Assembly (NCBI RefSeq): GCF_006345805.1
Contig: NC_042998.1
Coordinates: 13,144,001 to 13,208,000 of the forward strand
DNA from: Octopus sinensis
Lineage: Eukaryota
DNA: 64,000 nt
Direction of reading: 5' to 3'
In this document: positions 11,715-25,675 of the stretch, one piece after another
How the letters are laid out: the number at the start of each line of letters is the position of its first letter
How positions within the stretch are numbered: the stretch's first letter is position 1
Notes under the pieces: model-generated
The model's input: only the letters and a program-made list of their open reading frames with translations
What the model was told of the DNA's origin: nothing
Databases searched by the model: none
Program-made: the position numbers and the translations under genes

Positions 11715-12881
11715 ATCACAGAATTTTAAAAAAGTTTTGATAGCATCACAGAGAAGGTGACCTAATCCATATGAATTTCCATAGATATGATGAGGGATTA
11801 TATACTCACGGAAGACAAATTTATCCATTGTTATTACAACGAGGTGGGTCTCAATTCCTGCTTATTAGCATTACAGAGAGGGTGAATTAATCCTTTGTAT
11901 ATATGCACAGATTCCAATGGTGTAGATGTAATTTCCAGAGAATGGAGATGAATTTCATATTCACAGGCGATAAATTTTACAATGGTTGAACACAATGAGG
12001 TAGGTATCAATCCTTGTTATATGATTAGGTGTTTGCCATATTAATCACATTACTGCTATTCACAAGAGGCTGTAGCTATTTAACTCTTAAAGGCTGAAGG
12101 GCTTACTAGATCGGCCAAGAATAGAGAAGGGAATAGAAGAAAAGAGAGAAAATAATGGAGGAGGGAGCAAAAAGGGGGGGAAGGGGGACTAAAAGAGAAG
12201 AGAAAAGGAAACAGAGAATAAGAAGAAGAAAAAGAAAAAAGAGAAAAGAGAAAGAAATAGGGAAAGAAGGAAAAAAAGAAAAAGAAAAAAAGAGGGTTCT
12301 AGTTATACAGAAGAGCTAGTATACTGTAAGTCTGGTTTTAATCAACAGGCATCTAGGAACTAGAGGGAATATTATTCTTTGACCAGTAAACCGTTAATTT
12401 ATTGCTGTTGAAATCAGCTATGAGTTTAAAGAGAATCTAAAGAGATAACACAGTCAGGGGTTAAGGGGTCAGATGCTAAAATCACCAGAAAATACATTAG
12501 GAAAATCTAAGTATAATCTTATCAAAAAGTCATTAAAAATTTACTTATTTAATTTATTCATTTTATTATCTTAAGGAGTTGTCGTTATTATTCATACATT
12601 GACTGACTACAGGTCAAATCTTATAAGATCATTTACAAGGTGTTAGGGGATTGTCTATCATAATGAAGATAATCATATTATCACCGAGGGAATAGCCTTA
12701 TTTATTTAATTATGAAATAGAATTATGGGGCTACAGTAACTAATTATAATTTATTAGAGTTATGCTATTTAAATTAGATTAAGTTAGGAATTAAAATTAA
12801 ATATTACAATTAAGATTTAAAATAAGAATTTAAAAATTGTGAGTTTGAAATTAAATAAAGCCTCAATTAAGCCTGTATATA

Positions 12882-12993
<112 letters not shown>

Positions 12994-13756
12994 ATGTATA
13001 TATATACGACGGGCTTCTTTGCGTTTCCGTCAACCACATCCACTTACAAGGTTTTGGTCAACTCGAGGCTATATTAGAAAACACTAGACGAAGGAGAATA
13101 ATTAGTTCATACGTACGTTTCACTATTGCGGGTATTTGAAACGCTGCATTGAGTAATCCAAGTTGAATTTAATACTTAACCACAACAGATCATCAGGGAA
13201 TACTCTGCTTTGTGTTACAGAGAATTAATATCTAGTTTTTGTGCAGATGATAAGTTTTACATTAATATTTTGTGAAGAACGAAGGAAGAAAACATTTAAC
13301 AGAGGAAAATTATATGGCACTAAGAAAAGAGAGAGAGAGATAAATAGATAGAAAAGACAAAAGAGATTATAACTAGAGAGAAAATAGATAGAAAATGACG
13401 TGCCAGTAACTGAATAGGAAACAAGAAGATAGAAAACAGGAAGAGAAAAAAGTAAGAGTGGATGACAGAAAGAAAGGAAGGGAACACGAAATTAAATATA
13501 GAAGGGATAAATAACAAAATATGTAACAATGAATGAATGAATAAATAAATAGAAAAATGAATAAATACAATCAAGAGATAGAGAAATATGAAAATGCAAA
13601 GTGGGAAGACAATTTATGACAGAAAGAAGAAAGAGAGTACAAGGAAATGGAAATTTCTTTCAAGATTCTGGGACTGGGGCGTACATTTAAACAGTAGCAA
13701 TGCGTGAATTAAAGGGGAAAAATTTACATCAAAATTTCTAAGCAGCTATACTGTTT

Positions 13757-14146
13757 ACTCTTTTACTCTTTTACTTGTTTCAGTCATTTGACTGCGGCCA
13801 TGCTGGAGCACTGTCTTTAGTCGTGTAAATCGACCCCAAGACTTATTCTTTGTAAGCCTAGTACTTATTCTATCGGTCTGTATGTTTACGTGGGACATAA
13901 ACACACCAGCATCGCTAAGTTACGGGGATGTAAACACACCAGCACAACACACACACACACATATATATATATACATATATACGACGGGCTTCTTTCAGCT
14001 TCCATCTACCAAATCCACTCACAAGGCTTTAGTCGGTCCGGGGCTATAATAGAAGACAATTGCCCAAGTTGTTATGCAATGGGACTGAACCAGGAATCAT
14101 GTGGTTGGTAAGCAAGCTACTTACCACACATCCACTCCTGCGCCTA
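13757..14146 (-). mobile_element. tRNA-derived SINE family A, near full length
   Basis: Head TAGGCGCAGGAGTGGATGTGTGGTAAG, internal (TA/CA)n, tail GAAACAAGTAAAAGAGTAAAAGAG. Multiple copies in the window. Confidence 0.85.
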
Positions 14147-15169
14147 TTTCATCAATATTATACAAAACTGGTATATCAAGTCACAATTGCTTACAAATTT
14201 CATGTATACGTAGATTTAATTACATAGTTATTGGCATGTAAAATAATCAGATTGCCAACAACAGTCCCCACACGTGAGCCTTTTGAATCCTTGAACTCTT
14301 TAAATCTTTGGTTACTCTTAACCGTAAGAACACAATACCACATCGATAAAGATTGCAAGTACACAATATTTCTAAGAAATATGGACAAATTTACGCGAAG
14401 GTATATGAATCTTCTTGTATATTCCCATACAATACTACACAATAAAATATTTATATATATATATATGTACACAAATGGGAGAAGAACGCAAAACATCATA
14501 TAATTTGTTTATTTTATTCACTGTTGGAATCCATGTTTCTCTTTGATCTTCAATACCCTAAACAATATCAAGAGAAATAGCTTTACCCATTTCGGCATGA
14601 TTAAGAACCCAACATTTTAAACCCAAACTGAGAAAGAATCAGTAGTTTATAACAACTACAGCATCAACAGCAGAAAATCAAAGATACCCTATAATGCCCA
14701 CAACACGCATACAGAGTAATCGCAACTTTTCAGACTATAAAGTCGACATTCCCATTAATGCATGGGTCATTTTTTCTCAAACGAGAACATGTATAAATCT
14801 TCTTGCCCAAAGAAATATTATTGCCTCATGTAGAAATCTTATTGCCCAAAGAAGTGTTCAGCTTTTTAATAGCCGGCAAAACTGAAATAAATTGCTACAT
14901 CATATCGAAACAATTATTAACCACATGGATAAACTCGCTCAAATCCTTCCAAGAACCGTAGCCGGCGATGAGTAGCAGCAACAAAAAACAACAACAGCAA
15001 CAATCATATCAGCAACATAAACACCGACGACAACAATTACTACTACAAAGGCAAAACCAGCAATAAAAACCACAACGAAGGCTGTTACAAAAAAGGACCT
15101 CTTAGGCACTATATCACAAAAAAACTCCCCACCAACCTCGACATCGTTATTAGGGCAACCATCTTCCAC

Positions 15170-15536
15170 CACCACCACCACCACCGCTTCTGCCGCTACT
15201 ACAATTTCTTCTCTTCTTCGTCTTCTTTTTCTTTGTTTTCTTATTCTTCGTCTTCTTCTTCTTCTTCTTCTTCTTCTTCTTCTTCTTCTTCTTCTTCTTC
15301 TTCTTCTTCTTCTTCTCCATCGTCGTCTTCCGCCTCCTCTCCTTCCACTTTTATAACTTCTGTCAGTGACCAACCTCAGCCACTCCTTTTTTCGGCTGCC
15401 TTCGACCAATCTCAACAACTATTTCTTTCTCCCTCATCCACGAACCCCACTTACTGCCTCAACGTCAACACTAACAAATTAAGTAATATCTACCACCACA
15501 ATCGTCACCACCACCACCACCACCACCACCAACATA

Positions 15537-15617
<81 letters not shown>

Positions 15618-15680
15618 GCTGCTGTTGATGCTGATGCTGCTACTGCTGCTGCTAACCTCAATCTCTCCTCCTCCTCCTCC
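15170..15680. repeat. Compound trinucleotide low-complexity tract (CAC, TTC, TAC, GCT)
   Basis: Directly visible. Explains the poly-R, poly-S and poly-H ORFs. Confidence 0.9.
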
Positions 15681-16606
15681 AGTCCCCCTGCCCCATTTTC
15701 ATGAATATGAAAGAAATCTAAACCTAAAATTATTTACAATTTATTGATTCTTGAAACACCCACACGGCTAAAGCGAAATCCAAAGACATACAACGGTTCA
15801 TTACGTGCGTGGTTATGCACATACGGTGACTTCCAACACCAAAAGGCAGATGATGTCGATATCAATTTAAATTCACCAAAGTCTTGGTTTCCGGACCATC
15901 CGTCTTCTACAAGTAACATGCTCCTTTATATCACAGCACAATTTTACGTTAGCTACTCCTGTTCTCTTTAACATCATGCCACGACACATAATAGATGAAC
16001 ATGATTTCATAACGTTCAAACAGTTCTTCGTTTTATTGCTCCCAAAAATTTTAGATAAACCATCTTCACCCATATTTAGTCCTACAAACAATGAATCTTT
16101 ACTCAAATGAGCTACGATGCCCAAAGAATGACTAACATTAAACATCATTCTATTTACTGTCCAGGCGATGCTATTAAGTTGCATATAGCTTGGGCCAGTA
16201 CTGGCCGAAAATACCCTAAGTATATATATATATACATACGTACACACAGATACACACACACATATACATATGCATATGTATATATACATATAGTTCTAAT
16301 TTATAGAAAAACAAAAGGCGAAGACAGGTGTATGAACAGCAAGCAAGTGTATTGACGCTCGAGAAAATGAAAAGGTCTTTTACAGTTCGAGCTTACGCTC
16401 TTCAACAAAAAGAAATAAGAAAAAATAAACAGAGATAGAATGAATAAAATTTGCATTCATTTGGCTGGAAGCATGCTAGAAGACCACTTTGAGGAGGATT
16501 TAGTCGAACTAATAGATCCCAAAACTTATTCTTTGAAGCCTAGTACTTAATATATCGGTTATTTTGCCGAACCGCTAAGTTACAGAGACATAAACACACC
16601 AGCATA

Positions 16607-17870
16607 TACATGGGAGGTGATATCAAAAAGTTCCAGGACTGGTTCTGAAGCGTACCAACACATGGCAGCAAACGATTGCGTGGACAGTGAGAGCTAGCAG
16701 TGACCTTCATGGGGCAGTGTGAGGGTGACTTTACTGCCTTTACTACGTAATTTTGTGATCACGTTTATGCTGTAGTCTGCGAGTTTGTCATGAATAAAAA
16801 GCCGACATGAAATTTTGTGTTAAACTTCGCAAGCCTATTACTATGGAGCATGTTTCGGCCAGCTTAGAATGGCGTGGCAATGAGGTGTACGAAATCTTTC
16901 GAGTAGGTCGAGCTCTTCAAACCCGAAGAAATCCACTGAAAAATGATGAGGGATCTGGAAGACTTGCCACGAGGGGCAACCCCGGAAATGCGGAGAAAAT
17001 TCACCAGCTTTTGCATTAGGATCATCGGAGGACAATCAACGACACTGCTGATGTTGTTGGTCTGTCGTTTGGGTCCGTGCAGGGAATCTTAACCCCTGAA
17101 TTGAATATGCAGCGTGTCCCTAACAAGTTTGACACCCGCCTGCTGTGCAGTGAGCAGAAAGAACATCACGTCGAAGACTGTGAAGATCTCCGTCATCGTG
17201 CCGCTTATGACATATTCTTCCTGTCGCGGAAGAATTGGATCTACAGACGAAGCAGCAATCGTCACAATCGAAGAGCCATTCATCCGCATGACCGTGGAAG
17301 GCATGAAAGAGCCGCAGTTCAATCAAGTGCATGCTCATCATTATTTTCGACATCCGCGGTATTGTACATCGAGAATTCGTCCCCCAGGGCGAGGCCGTCA
17401 ATCGAGAGTTCTACTGCGAGGTTTTGGAGCGTTTGAGGGAGGACATCCGGCGTAAGCTACCAGATCTGTGGAGCGCGAAGTATTGAATCCTTCACAATGT
17501 CAATGCATCTTATCAGTGATCTCTCCTCACATGTGAGTTTCTCGCTATAAACAACATGGCCTCACTACCGCATCTGCCAAATTCGCCAGATTTAGTACTT
17601 CCATCTCTTCCCCAAAAGGAAAAGACAACGCAAAGGTAACCTTTTTAACACTGTTTTCGATATCCAGAGCAAATTGCAGAAGGACCTCGATTCGCTTACG
17701 GAACACGACTGCCAATCCAGATTCCAAATGTGGCAAGAACGCTTGGACCGGTGAATTGCTGTAGAAGGTGGTTATTTCCATGGAGATAATCAATTGAAAG
17801 AAACTGGATCAACGGAAAGAAATTGCAACATTATTCTTTAAGAATCTTTGTCATCGCCAGCATCTCATAC
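16607..17870 (+). mobile_element. Degenerate, near full-length mariner element
   Basis: TIR-like GGGAGGTGATATCAAAAAGTTCC. Fragments KFCVKL, DDEGSGR, RVPNKFDTRLLCSEQKEHHVEDC and EFVPQG...VNREFY; C-terminal RWTGELL..EGGYFHGDN. Confidence 0.85.
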
Positions 17871-19497
17871 CGGTTCATAAAATTGGGCACTTTTAAGCAG
17901 CACTTATATTATTATTATATGTGGAGTAAGTCGTATTTTTGAGACATATCAGTGCAAAACTGCATTTATCTGGCCTCTTCAAGTTATCACTCTTTCAAAT
18001 CGTGTATATAATTTGCCGTCCAACAATCTCTCAATTTAAAGGATATATGAGCCTACATGTGTATTTGCCTGTGCGCACATGGACTAACATTTATAAACAC
18101 ATTAGGTGAATGTGATTGCCACATTAAGGATTTTTCTGTACGACCATATGGTTTTGTGCGCGTGTGTGTGTATGCATGTGTGTATCTGACTGTCTTTGTT
18201 CATGTGCGTGCCTTTACGTATATGTGTGTGAGCTTTAAGTTATGTGTTCTCTATGTGCGAACTTCTATTAATTACAGGTAATAGATTCATGAAATTACTT
18301 TGTGCAGCAATAAATATATAGGTATTAATTTTCTTCAAATTAGAATTCTTATTAATTGGATGTGATCATTTTGTATCATGTTCTCTAGATCGAAAACGAA
18401 TTTTTATCGCTAGCTCCATCCTACACATACACCCACACACACGAACATATACATATGTCACTTCTTCGAATTCAGCCTATGATTGATTACGAAATGCCGC
18501 TTAGAAGCAGTCAACTACTTTGGTATCATTTCATGTAGTTATTCTGTGGAACATATTAAATCTAATAAATTTATAAATTAATAAAGTATTAATATTAATT
18601 TTAATAAATCTATTATGAATTCGAAAACTTGTATCATATCGTAACATACGGCATGTTGAATTTTTAATCTATATTACTTGAAACTCTAGAAATTATATCA
18701 TTTATATATATATACATAAAGTTATATAAGTTACATGTTCTCACACAAATTAATAAGAGAAGATGGCAGCAAATTTTTGATTGTGAAATTGATGCGAAAA
18801 TATATTGTAAGCTCTAAAATGTTGCAGCAAAATAATTCGTGAATAATGCATTCTACGATACAGGTTTAAAATAATATACACATCGCATATTTAAATAACA
18901 TTTCAAATTCCACATAGTTTGATAAGTCATATTACACTATCATGTGTTGATTAAATATACTCACATGAACCCCTGAATTCTCAAAATGTAATCAATCTCT
19001 AAAGGAGCATTTGTTAATTGCTGTTTCAGAATACGTCAACTTAGCAAAATTGATTGTATATATATTAAGGTAGTATATACATATATTAAGGCATTGTATA
19101 TATATACATAAACAAAATAAGCAACAAGTATATCCAAGGTAGAGTAGTACAATTGTTTCATTCTACTTCAATTTATTAAACACTTGTTGCTTATTTTGAT
19201 TATAATCACCCCATTTGATTTATATGAATAATATCATACAAAATTTTGGTACCATATTCTTAGCAATCTAAATTTTGCTGAACTTATATATATATATATA
19301 TATATATATTGATTGATTGTATACATATATATTAAGGCATTAAAACCATCGTAGATATATACAGAATTCTATCAGGTTAAGTTGTCATTCTTTTACTTGA
19401 TAAAGTTTCAGTACGTAGTTGAATACAACATACAACATGTTGAAGACAGCTGTTGTGATATTGGTTTCGCCTTTTGGCAAGATGTTCGCTATTTCGT

Positions 19498-19653
19498 GGG
19501 GAGGGATAAGTCAATTTTTATCGACCCCAATGTTTTATCGGTTCTTATTTCATCGACCCCGAATTGGTGAAAGCAAATGTCGACCACAGCGAAATTTGAA
19601 ATTAAAACTTAAAGACGGACGAAATGACGGTAAGCATTTTACCCGGTGTGTTA
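19498..19653 (-). mobile_element. Degenerate copy of SINE family B
   Basis: ATCGACCCCGAA..TGAAAGCAAATGTCGACC..CGAAATTTGAA matches 43411-43632 in reverse orientation. Confidence 0.65.
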
Positions 19654-19780
19654 AAAAACCCATAAAAGATGATACGTTCCTCCTATCTTCAGTAATATAA
19701 AAACTAAACGCAAAAGGCTTACAGATTTAAAATATAATTTACAAAATAAGAACATATCTGTACAGCCTTAGAATATACAT

Positions 19781-20276
<496 letters not shown>

Positions 20277-21500
20277 ATACTTCACACTCAAGAAATTATA
20301 TAATTTAAATTTATACAAAAATTTATATGAGACACTTTTGATTATGAAATTGATGTGAAAATATAGCGCTCCCACCCAGTAGAATATTTCAATGAACATT
20401 ATATATATAAAATGCATCTGTTGAACTTTTTCCTTTTCCCGTTATCCCAATAATTTCCACAATTACTCAGTACTTCTCAACGACTTCATCTTTTTAATAG
20501 ACACACTCCCTATTGTCTCATAGACAACTTATAAAGAAAATATAGGCATTAAACTTTTGAAATAACTTTAATATTGCATTATCTGCCTCATACGTTGTAC
20601 TATATTGCGTACGTTATTCTAATCATTAGAAGATAAACATCTCTTCACTACTCTATAAAGCCGGCAATGTGAAAGTAATAAATTCTATTTTGCTTCAAAT
20701 TTATCTCATAAAATTATATCATGAAAAATACTTCTCATTTGAACACCTTGATTATATTATTTAAGCCAAAAGCTTTGATTTTGTTGTCATTTCATCATAC
20801 GTAAAAGTCATTGTAACCAATATGTTCCAAACCATATAACATAAATATCTAGTTTATCTAATTATTTAACGGCATTTATTCAAATCGAACTTGAGAGGCT
20901 CACGTGATTCTCACAAGCATAGCAGATACGTTTTATAACTGAATGTAATTAATTATACATAAAAATGAAGGAACACATAAACACAGACACACGTGTATTT
21001 GCGTGTATGTGTGTAAACATACATATGCACATGCACACATATACACACATATATGCAAGCACCCACTGGTTTAATATCGGCATGTAAATATGTAGGTGTA
21101 TAAACTTATACAGATAGGCACATAGACATATGTATATATATTACATATGCATGTGTATTTGAGTGTGAGTGTGTGTGCGTGTGTGTACATATAAATCTAT
21201 ATGTGTATGTGTATGGTTATGCATACAATCAACCGAATATGCAGAATGTCATTTGATGGAAAATTTTAACGGAGATGAAGAAACAAAAGCTATTGGGTGG
21301 GAGCGCTAAGAAGTGATGTGTATAAATGTAATGTTACAACCAGTTCGAATACGCCAGTGGCACGTTCGGACCTGCAAACAAGCCAGTCACTGCGTTTTGC
21401 CATGGAGAACATTACTCGTTGTAGACAAATGCTGTAAATACACCTAAATCAACTTGAAGCGTTACGTATATGTTTCTGTGACTGAAGAGAAGATAAGCAC

Positions 21501-21576
21501 GGACATATGGCCTAGTGGTTAAGAGCGCGGGCTACTAATGCCAAGAGATCGAGTTCGATTCCAGGCAGTGACCTGG

Positions 21577-21610
<34 letters not shown>

Positions 21611-21785
21611 CAACAACAACGTCGAAAAATACCTTAGGAATGAGAACCCAGGTTCGAAATTTCCCCAAGGTACCTGTTGAAGGCAGGAGGGTATATCAGC
21701 CGAAAGTTGTGTTAACAACGAACACAATGAGGACAAATATCTGTCAAATGTAAGTAATGTAAATAAAGTAAATAATGTACATAAT
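21501..21785 (+). mobile_element. tRNA-head SINE with (AAT)n spacer and HHR-like, Penelope-type tail
   Basis: A box TGGCCTAGTGG (21508-21518) and B box GAGTTCGATTCC (21551-21562). Degenerate core CTGTTGA-A-GGCAG..CAGCC-GAAA-GTT-GTGTT at 21674-21713. Tandem AATGTAA(A/G)T tail. Confidence 0.7.
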
Positions 21786-22787
21786 TCCTTATCTCTTAAA
21801 TATAGAACTGTAGAAGATAACCAATTCGAAATGTTTGCATTTCAGTCTGGATAGGTGGTGCTGCCAGCTGATTTAGGTGTATTTACACCGTCTCTCTACA
21901 GCAGGACACGGGAAATGCTAATAGCGATAGCTATTGGATTTATAGCCAATCATCTGTTTTCCATCACCATGTGGTGAACATGATCGGTGTTTTTCTCGCT
22001 GGTGGCAATTTCAGGACGTCGAAACTTTGGGTCATCTTAAAGACTCTGCATTCACCTGTAAGTTAATTTAAGCATATCTAGTTGTCGTATTGTGTTAACT
22101 TGGGGTATATACTTATAATAATCCATGGGTGAAAGTGCTTCTGTCTATTCAATGTAATATTTTGTTATTAATTTCCTATGTGCAATTTATGATGTTCAAA
22201 TATTAAACTTCAGTAATTCACTGAACTTTAATGTTTGAACATCATAAATTGCACATAGTCGAGCATATTCGTATAAATTTCTTTGACAAGAATATGCAGA
22301 GTATCAGAATGGAACAGGAACTCATTAGGTAGATCCATGATCAAATGAAAATACAGTTACAGGAAATGTCCATTAGCAGTTTCAAATGAGAATATTTGAT
22401 GTTAATCCATGGCGAAGAATCGGGGAGCTTAGCAGTTCTAGTTTTGAGTTAAAGACAGACAGATGAATGAAGTAGAATGTATGTATGTATGTATGTATGT
22501 ATGCATGTATGTATGTATGTATGTATGTATGTATGTATGTATGTATGTATATATGTATGTATGAATGAATGAATAAACGAACGAATGAATGCATGTATGT
22601 TGTTATTCAGTTATATTTCAAGAGTTCTTGCCAACAGAGAAAGAGTCCGTATCTGTCCTAGAACCAAGGCTTCTTCATTGGAGTTTCAAAAAACATCAAC
22701 ATGGTATTTTGTGTGTGTGTATGTATGTATGTATGTATGTATGTATGTATGTATGTATGTATGTATGTATGTATGTATGTATGTATG

Positions 22788-23281
22788 TCAGGTCACTTTC
22801 GAGTGCTACTGGTAACATGTAACCCAGTACAACCTGTTGCATGGCTGGGTCGTCGGCGACTAAACCGGCAACCCCACCAAGCTTGCTTGGTAAGGAGGGT
22901 GTTTATTGGACACCCTGCGGGATGAAAAACAAAACCCGTCAAAGGGCGGAGGAACTCTTGTGAGTCAACGGCCATCCAATAAATGTCTTAAGGCTGTATC
23001 ATGCGCGGGAACATAGAAATAATCGGACTGAAAACCCGATCGCGCGGTTAAACCATTGGGAGTGAAGGACTCCTAGCCTTTGTTACGGCATCCTTCTAGG
23101 AGAAGGTAACTCAGGTAACTGGGATAACTCCGATATAAAACCTGCGGCTCAGTGGTTACCGATGATGTTGACGTGTTCTTCTTTTAGGATTATGGCTGCT
23201 GTTGCTTAGTGAGTGGGATTGACTCACAACATTGATTAAGCTTCGTGCAATGGCCATACTCGATAAAGAGGGGGCAGCCAC
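22788..23281 (+). mobile_element. RTE-like 5' UTR fragment or derived non-autonomous element inside (TATG)n
   Basis: GC-rich island with CCTTCTAGGAGAAGGTAACTC and GGCAACCCCACC, which resemble RTE 5' ends. (TATG)n on both sides. Confidence 0.45.
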
Positions 23282-23389
23282 TATGTATGTATGTATGTAT
23301 GTATGTATGTATGTATGTATGTATGTATGTATGTATGTATGTATGTATGTATGTATGTATGTATGTATTATGTATGTATATTTATGTGC

Positions 23390-24560
23390 AGTTTTGTGTT
23401 ATGAAAAAGTTTCTGCAGTAGTTATCTTTAATAATAAATAACTTATTTGCCTCAGTTTTAAAATTACCTCCTTCGAAATAGCCAACTGCGCAGCAATACA
23501 CCGGTTCCAGCGTTCATGCTAGTTTTGGAATCTGGCCTGGAAGTTGACAACGCTCTTGATATCGACAGCTGTTAAAACAGCGGCCTTTGGACAGCCTTTC
23601 GTCTTGGGGAAGGGATGGAAATTCTCAGGTTCTAATTCTTGTGAATAGGGGGATGAGTTGCATTGTCGTCATGAAGAATTCAATTTCTCCACGCTCAACC
23701 GATCCGGTCGCATTCGTCAAATATCTTCCCTGAGACGTTTCAAAACGTCGCAGTGGAACTCTGGACTGACAGTCTCGCCATGGGGGACGAATTCTCAGTG
23801 TACAATACTACGGATGTGATAAAATTGATGAACATGCTCCTGAGTGAACTGCGGCTCAGTTGTGCATCATTTAGTCGTGGAGATGACGGGCTCTTCGCTT
23901 CAGAGTGTTCTCGTAGATCCGACTCTCGCCACCGGGGATGATCTTCGACATGAAGGATGTGTCATCAGCGGCACAGCGACGGAGATCTCGACATATTTCT
24001 ATGCTATATTGTTTATTGCTCAGTGGTTAGCAGGCGGGGGAAGAAATTGGCAGAGGCGCTGCATATTCCTTTCAGATGTTAAGATTGCCTGTACGGACCA
24101 ATACGCAAGACCAATTATATCAGCAATGTTGTTGATTGTCCTCCGACGATCCTGATGCTGAATCTGATGAACTTCCTCCACGTTTTCGGGGGTGCCACGT
24201 TTTCCAGGTCGTCCATCATTTTCCAACGACGTTCTTCCGCTGGAAACTTTGCGTACGACCTCATCGATGTAAGCTTGCAGAACCTTGCTCAATATCTCTG
24301 TAGCAGAATGCTCGTGTTTAGCGCAAACTTTCACGTTGGATCTATGTTCCAACTTTCTGTCGATGACAAAATCGCAGACTACAGCATACATATGATCACA
24401 AAATCACAAATTTCACAACTTAAGAAGTAAACACAGAGTGTCACTCGGTAGACTGCCTTATGATGGTCTCTGTCAGCTCTCATTGTACACACAACTGTGT
24501 GCTGCCAGCAGTTGGTACTCTACACATCCAATCCAGGAACGTTTTGATACCACTCGTATA
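23390..24560 (-). mobile_element. Degenerate, near full-length mariner element
   Basis: 5' TIR TACGAGTGGTATCAAAACGTTCC. ORF fragment EHRSNVKVCAK...SLENDGRPGKRGTPENVEEVHQ..QDRRRTINNIADIIGLAYWSVQAILTSERNMQR. Downstream PHPPYSQELEPENF. Confidence 0.9.
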
Positions 24561-24585
24561 CTGCTCAGTACGTGGGTGTTTCATG

Positions 24586-25113
24586 CTAGTTGAGAGAGGT
24601 TAAAAGATGCATGTATAGAAATAGGTAAGTAAAGGATTTAAAAATAGTAAATGGTAGATACTGTTAAATGACCAACAAGGCTGGCCAGAGTTACCAAAAT
24701 GGGAAGGCGGTTTAGTGATGATGATAAAGCGGTTATAACAGTTAGCAAGTACCTAAAGCTAAATGAAACCTGATATTTGTGGAAGTGATGGGAGATTTAG
24801 GATTCGCCAGGTTATAGTAGTGCTAGAAATAGATACCCATATTATTAAACATAAAATTTAAAGTTTAGAATTTAAGATTTCAGTAACATCACAAATCATT
24901 AAATCTCCCATGATTTCCATTAATAAGAGGCACTTTTTGCTTTAAATGCCTATTAACTTTTACAATCACTGTATTACCATCAACACCCACTTCCTCTCAT
25001 TTTTGCTAACTCTAATCAGCCTTGTCGGTCATTTGATAGTATCTGACATTTGCAATTCTTAAACGCTTTATCTATATGTCTCTATACATGCACCCCTAAC
25101 CTCTCTCGACTAG
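24586..25113. repeat. Diverged inverted repeat (213-bp arms, 102-bp spacer), LINE 3'-end-like sequence
   Basis: 24586-24798 is reverse-complementary to 24901-25113, roughly 70% by eye. Shared blocks include AAATCTCCCAT, CAGCCTTGT.GGTCATTT and TCTATACATGCA. Confidence 0.75.
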
Positions 25114-25211
25114 AATACCCCCACTATACAAGCTAGTATATATCTCTTCTACTACATCTACGTCTGTCTTGCCATCTATACTATAATAAATATAAATAAA
25201 AGCGCCCTTTT

Positions 25212-25450
25212 AAAGTCTAGCCAGGCTCATGGGCCCGGTTTCCCGGTTTCAATGGCATATGTGTCCCCTCGCTGGACAGGACTCCAGTCCATCGCAGCGT
25301 TACTCATTTTTGCCAGCTGAGTGGACTGGAGCAACGTGAAATGAAGTGTTTTGCTCACGAACACAACGCGTCGCCCGGTACATAAATCGAAACCACAATC
25401 TTACGATCATGGTGCTGACAACCTAACCCCTAAACCACGCGCCTCCACAT
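25212..25450 (-). mobile_element. tRNA-derived SINE with GCGATGGACTGG...GAAACCGGG central domain (Meta/V-like)
   Basis: Minus strand GGAGGCGCGTGGTTTAGGGGTTAGG...GGTTTCGATTT...GCTGCGATGGACTGGAGTCCTGTCCAG...GAAACCGGGAAACCGGGCCC. Confidence 0.7.
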
Positions 25451-25675
25451 AAGTCTACTATAGTATACCTATTCTACACTCCTCATTCATTCTCTATTCA
25501 AATCTGGAACCCGTAATCTCCACTGTTCCTCGTCATGGATTTTCATTGAACATTCTCACCTGAAACTGCTAATGGACATTATCTATAACTGTTATTTCTT
25601 TTGCTCGTGGATCTACTTAACGCGTCGCATTTATACTCTGACCCTTTCCACATTGACAAACTGGAAAACATTAAT

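Noticed and set aside
21501-21580. tRNA genes (also 25380-25450, 36180-36257 and 43411-43500)
   Set aside because: A/B boxes are present but acceptor stems are broken and each continues into a repeat body, so these are SINE heads.
22790-22880. HDV-like ribozyme at the RTE-like 5' end
   Set aside because: A P4-like hairpin and C-TAA are present, but P1, P3 and L3 could not be assembled by eye. An RNArobo or Infernal search would settle it.
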